A DNA stretch of 32,000 nucleotides. Source: Telmatocola sphagniphila (lineage in GTDB: Bacteria > Planctomycetota > Planctomycetia > Gemmatales > Gemmataceae). Positions 17,366 to 26,180 of the stretch are shown here, piece by piece (the first letter of the stretch is position 1; every line of letters starts with the position of its first letter). A program made the translations under genes and the position numbers. The DNA lies in contig NZ_CP074694.1 in the NCBI RefSeq assembly GCF_018398935.1, positions 4,860,001-4,892,000 of the forward strand, given 5' to 3'. Under the pieces are notes generated by a model, which was not told the DNA's origin, searched no databases, and saw nothing but the letters and a program-made list of their open reading frames with translations.

Positions 17366-18415
17366 GTGGTCGAGGTAGTGGATCGAACGCGGCAACGGGG
17401 CTTCTCGATACCTAAGATTGCCCAGCGCTTGCATATGGCAGGTCGCACTCTTCGGCATTGGGTTCAGAGCAATGCGGCGACATCTCCTCGACCTCTGGGA
17501 AGACCGGTTGTCCGTTCGTCGCGATTGAAGCGAATGGAAGTGCTTGCTCTGTTGGCCGATCTCGGGCCGGCCACCAGCGTGGCAACTCTCAAAGAGTGCT
17601 TCCCGGAAATGACGCGTTCCGAGCTCGAAGACATGCTCAGGCGCTACCGCCGCGTCTGGCGGAAAAGGTATAAACGAACCGGCTTCCGGCTCAGGTGGAC
17701 TACGCCGGGAACCGTCTGGGCGATGGATTACACGGAGACGCCACTCATTGATGGAAAGGACCAATACCTGTTGGCAGTCCGAGATCTGAGCAGTGGTCAG
17801 CAGTTGCTAGCCTGGCCTGTGGCGGCGGCAACTGCCGAGGAAACGCTTGTGGCCCTTCGGTCATTGATCACCCGGGAGGGAGCCCCGCTGGTACTGAAAA
17901 TGGATAACGGTTCTCCGTTTATTGCCGAAGAGGTCCAAGAATATTTGCAGCGAGAAGGCGTGTTCGGCTTGTACTCTCCGCCGAGGAGGCCACAATATAA
18001 CGGTGCGATCGAAGCGGGCATAGGATCTTTGAAAAGTCGAATCGAACGTAGAGCTGCCTGGGAAGGCCATCCGGAAGTGTGGAACGCTGAGGATGTGGAG
18101 GCGGCTCGACGGGAAGCCAATGCCTTGGCTCAACCGAGAGGAGGTCTGGGTCCTACTCCCGAGACGCTTTGGAAAAGTCGGGAGAGAGTCGCGACAGAAT
18201 CTCGCGATCAGTTCCGAGAGCTTGTTGAAATCCATCGGAACCGAGCTATGGAGGAGGAAGGAAAATCTCCTTCGGGAGTGTTGCTCGAGCAGGAAGCTCG
18301 CCGTATGGATCGAATTGCTTTACGCCGTGCTCTCGTCGATCACGGCGATCTTTTGTTCAAGAGAGGGCCAATTCCTCTAGGAATTAAATCGCAAAAAACG
18401 GCAAATATTACGTGA
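17366..18415 (+). CDS. DDE transposase, integrase-core (rve) family (IS3-type OrfB; possibly expressed as an OrfAB fusion)
   Basis: GTG start at 17366, with the frame open upstream to 17237. HTH FSIPKIAQRLHMAGRTLRHW. The rve core has VWAMDYTE, LVLKMDNGSPF and YNGAIEAGIGSLK. It is only distantly related to the 529-aa transposase. Confidence 0.82.
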   Translation: MVEVVDRTRQRGFSIPKIAQRLHMAGRTLRHWVQSNAATSPRPLGRPVVRSSRLKRMEVLALLADLGPATSVATLKECFPEMTRSELEDMLRRYRRVWRKRYKRTGFRLRWTTPGTVWAMDYTETPLIDGKDQYLLAVRDLSSGQQLLAWPVAAATAEETLVALRSLITREGAPLVLKMDNGSPFIAEEVQEYLQREGVFGLYSPPRRPQYNGAIEAGIGSLKSRIERRAAWEGHPEVWNAEDVEAARREANALAQPRGGLGPTPETLWKSRERVATESRDQFRELVEIHRNRAMEEEGKSPSGVLLEQEARRMDRIALRRALVDHGDLLFKRGPIPLGIKSQKTANIT

Positions 18416-18821
18416 GGGGTACACAGATTGGCAAAATGGAATTTTAGTCAAAGCTCAATCAACTACTATAATGAATTTGCTTTACGAAAATTCTTATCTT
18501 TTTCACGCCCTATGAATCGATAATCCTCTCTGTAAATAGGGCGACAATTATATGGTTCAAAAATTTATCTCTCTCAGAGGCTATCGATAGACCTCAGTGA
18601 AGATCAACGGCTCATCTTCGGGAATTTACGGGAGCGAAAATGCCACCTCAATAGGGACTCTGCTAAACCTCATAGGGTATCGGCTAAGCAATTGAAATCT
18701 TTATCGCAATCTGGGGTTTGATGTGACTTCTGGACATTCCCTTGCTACGGAAACTTCCAAATCTAACCCTTTTCGAGAAAAATGGGCGGAAATGCGAGAG
18801 CTTCATAACCCACTAAATACT

Positions 18822-18850
18822 AGAAGCCGGATGTATCTCACCCGGCTTCT
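18822..18850 (-). terminator. Hairpin terminator candidate downstream of the YXWGXW-repeat gene
   Basis: AGAAGCCGG (18822-18830) pairs with CCGGCTTCT (18842-18850), a 9-bp perfect stem with an 11-nt loop. It lies 28 nt after the stop at 18878 on the minus strand and is followed there by AGTATTTAGT, a weak U-tract. Confidence 0.45.
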
Positions 18851-18877
18851 GAAAAATTGAATGTTGATTGAATTGTA

Positions 18878-20344
18878 TTAAGGTCGCTTCGGCTCAAACT
18901 TCGGGATTTCCCGTTCCATGTGATTGGGAATCGTCGGCAACGGTGGGGCCGCTTTCATTACCGGGCCAGGATTCCCCACATGGGGAATCGGCTTGGGAAT
19001 TTCAAGCTTGATCGACCTCGGCTCACTTTGAATCACCGGCGCCTTCCCGGGCTGGAAAATTTTCGCTTCCTCCTGGTGCCGGATTTGAGCCGTCTGTCGT
19101 GATTGCTCCACGACCTTCAGTTCCCGGGCACGCTCCTCATTGGCCACCGCACGAACCTTGATTTCCCGGGCGGGCACCGACGCTTTCACGCCTCCCAGTT
19201 CGCTCAGATTGGTCACCCGAACATTGTGGAAATCCTTCAAAGGCGTTACCGCACTCACATTCTGCAGGTGAGTAAACCCTGTCGACTGCAACACCGCCGC
19301 ATTGCGAGTCCCCTTCAAAGCGTTCACCGCTTGAATCTGAGCGGCGAGAGTGTGCGGCGGACGGGGAACGATACCGCTCGCCCGGCCTTTATAAAGTTCT
19401 CGCAGGTTGGCTTCCCAGCGGACGTCGTTCGCATGCACCCGGCGATAGTAGCTGAAGTTCGGGTCGATGCCAAACTTCCCGACGCGATAATCGGGCCAGG
19501 CAACGAAGCCGCGAGAGGCATAGCGAGCTTCGAAGTAATCTCCGAAGTAGTAGCTGCGAACGTTCAGTCGAACGAAGAACGAGCCGATCATGAAATCGGT
19601 GCCAATCACAAACGAAGGAATGTAGCGTCCGCCGCGCCAGCCGATGCCGAATCGCACGGGAGCAAAGAGCATTCCGCGTTCATCCAGGGGGTGATCCCAG
19701 TAGCCCGAAACAAAGATGTAGCCGTTAGGAGTCCAGATGTAACCACCGGGAATCCAAACCCAGCCTATCCGGTTGGGAACCCAGAAGCCGGGCCGCCAGT
19801 AGTATTTGGTTTGAACGTAGACCCAGGTGCCGGGCACGAAGGTACTGTTGGCATCGGGGGCCGGGGCCGGCGATTCTTCAATCGCTTGTGGAGGAGTCGG
19901 TAAATATTGAATCTGCGTCGTATTATCGGGAGCCCAGAAGCCGGCCGCCCATTGCCAGCCCTGATCCGTCTGCTGCCAGTGACCAGCCAGCCAGTGACGA
20001 CCCGGAGGCGTGGCCCGCCAGAAACCGCTGATCCAGAGAAAATCTTTCGTTTCGTCATCCCAGCTCCAATAGCCGGAGATCCATTGCACATTGTCGCCTT
20101 CAGGTTTTTGATCGGGAGGCATTTCATCAACGGGGGCCGGCGGCTGTTTCGGAGCCAGCGGGCCAGCCGTTGGTTGTGCGGTAGAGGGTTGAGCGAAGGC
20201 TTCATGAACGGGCCCGCGAGCCTGCACGTCGACCCCTTGCGGAATGTCGGGAATCTGAACTTGTTGAGCGCGGGCGGCATTCGTGGGAGCAAGACCTATA
20301 AGCCCTAAAAGGGAGGCTGTTAGGGCAGACCTTATTGAATACAT
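18878..20344 (-). CDS. Secreted proline-rich YXWGXW/WxxGxW-repeat protein
   Basis: ATG 20344 has GGAAGGA upstream and opens a signal peptide (MYSIRSALTASLLGLIGLAPTNAARA). A proline-rich linker is followed by about eight repeats of the xxxG(Y/F/H)W type (WISGYW, WISGFW, WLAGHW, WAAGFW, FVPGTW, WRPGFW, WIPGGY, FVSGYW). The ORF-track start at 20389 would add 15 aa before the signal peptide. Confidence 0.75.
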   Translation of the reverse strand: MYSIRSALTASLLGLIGLAPTNAARAQQVQIPDIPQGVDVQARGPVHEAFAQPSTAQPTAGPLAPKQPPAPVDEMPPDQKPEGDNVQWISGYWSWDDETKDFLWISGFWRATPPGRHWLAGHWQQTDQGWQWAAGFWAPDNTTQIQYLPTPPQAIEESPAPAPDANSTFVPGTWVYVQTKYYWRPGFWVPNRIGWVWIPGGYIWTPNGYIFVSGYWDHPLDERGMLFAPVRFGIGWRGGRYIPSFVIGTDFMIGSFFVRLNVRSYYFGDYFEARYASRGFVAWPDYRVGKFGIDPNFSYYRRVHANDVRWEANLRELYKGRASGIVPRPPHTLAAQIQAVNALKGTRNAAVLQSTGFTHLQNVSAVTPLKDFHNVRVTNLSELGGVKASVPAREIKVRAVANEERARELKVVEQSRQTAQIRHQEEAKIFQPGKAPVIQSEPRSIKLEIPKPIPHVGNPGPVMKAAPPLPTIPNHMEREIPKFEPKRP

Positions 20345-20463
20345 GGAGGCATTCCTTCCGTTTAATTTGGCGTAGAGGAGAGCTTCCATCCTTGGAACTC
20401 AGCAATCTCTTCAGTCCTTGAGATTGCGGTAGGGAGTATGTACTACGCTACCAACGATCTACT

Positions 20464-20964
20464 TTAGTATTCCTTGCGCAGATGCCCGCCATGTTTCATG
20501 ATAATCGCTTCCGCTTCCTTCACCCGTTCATTGGCGTCGACGGTTACCATGCTTTTACCTTCGATCAATTCTCCCTCGTAATAGTGGTATTCATCTTCGG
20601 GAATACCAACCCCCGCCAGACCGCCCAGAACGGTGCCAATCGTCGCTCCGGCCCCCGCACTCGCCAGAAGAGCCACTAAGGCTCCGCCGGCCACTACCGG
20701 CCCGATCGGCGAAAGCAACCCCGTCACTACAGCCAGACCTAGCCCGGCGCCCGTCAGGGCCCCGCCCGCCGCCCCGATCCCCATGCCTTCTTCCCAGCGC
20801 GTGGCCAGTGGATCCGTTTTCAGACCGGTGGCTTCCCCATGCCGGCTAAACAGTCCAATACTTTCGGAGGGAAAACCCGCTTCCCTGAGCGCGATAATCG
20901 CATCGTGCGCCTGCAGGCGATTGTTAAACAGGGCGACTGCGGTAGTTTGTGTGGGTAGAGTCAT
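20464..20964 (-). CDS. YflT/DUF1269-like general-stress protein with a central glycine-zipper membrane segment
   Basis: The N-terminal YflT-like module is AVALFNNRLQAHDAIIALREAGFPSESIGLFS. A long G/A-rich glycine zipper follows (GIGAAGGALTGAGLGLAVVTGLL...GGALVALLASAGAGATIGTVLGGLAGVG). The C-terminal motif is GIPEDEYHYYEGELIEGKSMVTV. Confidence 0.7.
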   Translation of the reverse strand: MTLPTQTTAVALFNNRLQAHDAIIALREAGFPSESIGLFSRHGEATGLKTDPLATRWEEGMGIGAAGGALTGAGLGLAVVTGLLSPIGPVVAGGALVALLASAGAGATIGTVLGGLAGVGIPEDEYHYYEGELIEGKSMVTVDANERVKEAEAIIMKHGGHLRKEY

Positions 20965-21093
20965 CTTGAGTTCTCCAAAAATGGAACGGAAGGACGCCCC
21001 GCTTCCCGGAAGGAGGAAGGCATCATGTCAACTGAATTGGATCTTTATGAGCAAATGAAGTGCCAGATAGAATTGAAATGGCTTCGGACAACC

Positions 21094-21136
21094 GTTTTCG
21101 CGAAGCTGGGAGACAATTTCTTCGAGGCTTCGCGAA
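21094..21136 (-). terminator. Stem-loop between the DUF1501 stop and the next gene
   Basis: TTCGCGAAGC (21094-21103) and GCTTCGCGAA (21127-21136) form a perfect 10-bp stem with a 23-nt loop. It lies 44 nt downstream of the DUF1501 stop on the minus strand. The long loop and missing U-tract make it an atypical terminator. Confidence 0.3.
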
Positions 21137-21179
21137 GTTGTGATAAATGAGGAAGCTACGGGCGCGGTCTATTGGTTTT

Positions 21180-22577
21180 TCAGGCCAGAATATCTTTGAC
21201 CACCACGCCTGCGACATCGGTGAGACGAAAATCCCGGCCGCTATAGCGATAAGTCAATTTCTCGTGATCCAGACCCATCAAATGCAGCATGGTGGCGTGG
21301 AGATCGTGAATATGCACCTTGTTTTCGACGGCGGCGAACCCGAATTCATCGGTCGCCCCGTAAGCCAGTCCCCCTTTGACGCCGCCGCCTGCCATCCAGA
21401 CGCTGAAGCCGTGGTTGTTGTGATCCCGGCCACTCGACCCTTCACTGGTGGGCGTACGGCCGAATTCCCCGCCCCAAAGTACCAGGGTATCTTCCAGCAG
21501 TCCTTTGCGCTTCAGATCGCGCAACAGCGCGGCAATCGCCTTGTCGGAATCCTTCGCCTTCGCTCGATGGCCTTTTTCAATGTCGCTATGGTCGTCCCAG
21601 GGCTGCCCGGCCCCGTAAAAGACCTGGACCATGCGCACGCCGCGCTCCACCAGGCGGCGGGCCGCCAGACAGGCATCGGCAAAGTAACCCGTGCCATATT
21701 CCTCGCGGATTTTGGCCGGTTCTTTCGTGACATCGAACACATCGGTCGCTTCCGTCTGCATCCGGAAGGCCATTTCCAGCGATTGAATGCGCGAATCGAG
21801 TTGCTCATCGCCCGGATGCCGTTCCAAATGCAACTTGTTCAGCCCATTAATCAGGTCGAGTTGCTGCCGCTGCGTACCGGAAGTGAGATAGCGATTCTGG
21901 ATGTGGTCGATCACCTTCTTGGGGTCGAGATTCTGAATGTGGCAGCCCTGATAGATGCCGGGCAGGAAACTGTTGTTCCACAGTGCCGGGCCGACCACGG
22001 GTTTTCCGGGACAGAGCACGACGAAACCGGGCAGATTCTGGTTTTCGGAACCGAGGCCATAGAGCAGCCAGCTGCCCATGCTGGGACGGATCGGCTGGGT
22101 GTTGCCGCAGGTCATCAGCAACAAGCCCGGCTCGTGATTGGGAATGTCCGTATGCATGGATCGGACTACGCAGATATCGTCGATCTGCTTGGCAATTTCC
22201 GGGAAGATTTCGCTGACTTCGATTCCCGATTTCCCCGACTTGTAAAACTTGAAGGGCGATTTGTAGAGGCCGCCGGTTTTGCGTTCCGTCTTCAGTCCCG
22301 CGCCGCTGGGTTGCTGACCGTGATATTTCTCCAGGGCCGGTTTGGGATCGAAGGTATCGACCTGACTGGGACCGCCGCCCATAAACAGGTGAATAATCCG
22401 CTTTGCCTTGGGTTTGAAGTGGGGCGATTTCGGCGCCAACGGATTTGCGGCCTTCTCCGCCGCGCTGAGAGTAGTTTCATTTGCCAACAGGCCGCCGAGA
22501 CCGAGCATACCCAGACCGATGCCGCTTTGACGCAGCATCTGCCGACGGGAGGGCAGGAACATTCCGTCTTGTCGCAT
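21180..22577 (-). CDS. DUF1501 domain protein (sulfatase-like fold), Tat-exported
   Basis: ATG 22577 has AAGGAG 6 nt upstream and opens a twin-arginine signal (SRRQMLRQSGIGLGMLGLGGLLA). Typical DUF1501 blocks are present: VVRSMHTDIPNHEPG, WDDHSDI, WGGEFGRTP, GRDHNNHGFSVWMAGGGVKGG and IHDLHATMLHLMGLDH. The ORF-track start at 22613 is a TTG that overlaps the upstream gene. Confidence 0.88.
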   Translation of the reverse strand: MRQDGMFLPSRRQMLRQSGIGLGMLGLGGLLANETTLSAAEKAANPLAPKSPHFKPKAKRIIHLFMGGGPSQVDTFDPKPALEKYHGQQPSGAGLKTERKTGGLYKSPFKFYKSGKSGIEVSEIFPEIAKQIDDICVVRSMHTDIPNHEPGLLLMTCGNTQPIRPSMGSWLLYGLGSENQNLPGFVVLCPGKPVVGPALWNNSFLPGIYQGCHIQNLDPKKVIDHIQNRYLTSGTQRQQLDLINGLNKLHLERHPGDEQLDSRIQSLEMAFRMQTEATDVFDVTKEPAKIREEYGTGYFADACLAARRLVERGVRMVQVFYGAGQPWDDHSDIEKGHRAKAKDSDKAIAALLRDLKRKGLLEDTLVLWGGEFGRTPTSEGSSGRDHNNHGFSVWMAGGGVKGGLAYGATDEFGFAAVENKVHIHDLHATMLHLMGLDHEKLTYRYSGRDFRLTDVAGVVVKDILA

Positions 22578-22609
22578 CACAGACTCCTTGGCTCGATCCG
22601 ATCGCTCAA

Positions 22610-25300
<2,691 letters not shown>

Positions 25301-25445
25301 GATGACTCGAAACAGCGGCGGGTAGGGAGGAACTCAGCAAAGGGGTCGTACGGGAGGGAGGAGTACAACCGGCGGGTATTCTAGACTTATCTTACCGCGC
25401 CCCAAAAATTGATGCAAGTGTTCGAGCGAAGATTTCAGAGCCGGT

Positions 25446-25922
25446 TCATAGAATTGCTTCGATCCCGGAGGCGATTTTTGCGGGGGACTTGGCCGTGCTA
25501 TAGCGCTTCACCACTTCTCCTTGGCGATTCACTAGAAATTTCGTGAAGTTCCATTTGATGGCCTTGGTACCCAGAAAACCACGCCGGGCATTTTTCAGAA
25601 AGGTCCAGAGCGGATTCGCCTCGGCTCCATTCACTTTCACCTTGGCGAACAAGGGAAAGTCGACCTGATACTTGGTCGAACAGAACTGCTGAATCTCCGC
25701 CTCGTTGCCCGGCTCCTGATGCATGAACTGATCGCAGGGAAAACCGAGAACGGCAAAGCCTTTGTCCTTATACTTGCGGTATAGATCTTCCAGTCCCGCA
25801 TATTGGGGTGTAAAACCGCATTTAGACGCGACATTCACGATCAGAAGCACCTGGCCCTTGAAGGGTTCCAAGGTCTGTTCCTGGCCGTCGATCGTTTTTA
25901 GGGGAATATCGTAAATGCTCAT
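25446..25922 (-). CDS. Glutathione peroxidase (Cys-type)
   Basis: It carries the three GPx signature blocks: LIVNVASKCGFTPQY (peroxidatic Cys), LGFPCDQFMHQEPG and IKWNFTKFLV. Its 158 aa is the typical size. Confidence 0.92.
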   Translation of the reverse strand: MSIYDIPLKTIDGQEQTLEPFKGQVLLIVNVASKCGFTPQYAGLEDLYRKYKDKGFAVLGFPCDQFMHQEPGNEAEIQQFCSTKYQVDFPLFAKVKVNGAEANPLWTFLKNARRGFLGTKAIKWNFTKFLVNRQGEVVKRYSTAKSPAKIASGIEAIL

Positions 25923-26180
25923 ATCTTTGTGCCTGCTCTACTTCGAATTCAGTTCACCCAGCTGATTGTAGGTAGAGCTCGTATGAATTTCCTTCTACGG
26001 ACCCCTCCCCAACCGTCTCAATAACGAAATAGTTCGCTCGACGCACTTCAACCTCTTCAGAATTATGCCCTCGCCATGCACAATTTGTTGTTTTTTGGGC
26101 TTAAGCTCGGCTTAAGTTTACCGTTTTATACTGACGTCACCTCGATCGAGTCCCCGAGCACCCCAAACCGAGCTTCGGAA

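Larger units (their letters stand above)
14699..18423 (+). mobile_element. Composite IS-like element: two rve-type DDE transposase genes plus two OrfA-like genes; boundaries approximate
   Basis: Four same-strand, tightly packed genes have transposase hallmarks and visibly higher GC than the flanks. The host gene frame ends at 14696-14698. A weak imperfect inverted repeat is present: GCCGTTTAAATCGC...(14705-) against ...GCGATTTAATTCC/AAAACGGC (18377-18402, complement), with a 7-nt perfect core GCCGTTT. I could not define clear target-site duplications. Confidence 0.7.

Noticed and set aside
16855-18423. Possible separate inverted repeats for the second half of the element (TATCGCCCTC near 16856 against GAGGGGTACA at 18414-18423)
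   Set aside because: It matches only 7 of 10 positions with no extension, which is not distinguishable from chance by eye. I therefore could not support calling 16860-18423 an independent IS with defined ends.
21025-21150. A 41-aa plus-strand ORF (MSTELDLYEQMKCQIELKWLRTTVFAKLGDNFFEASRSCDK) preceded by a strong GGAAGGAGGAAGG Shine-Dalgarno-like sequence
   Set aside because: It sits in the 5' UTR/terminator region between two minus-strand genes and contains the 10-bp inverted repeat interpreted as a stem-loop. It has no family resemblance, and the purine tract may be coincidental. It is kept only as a very low-probability small-protein candidate.
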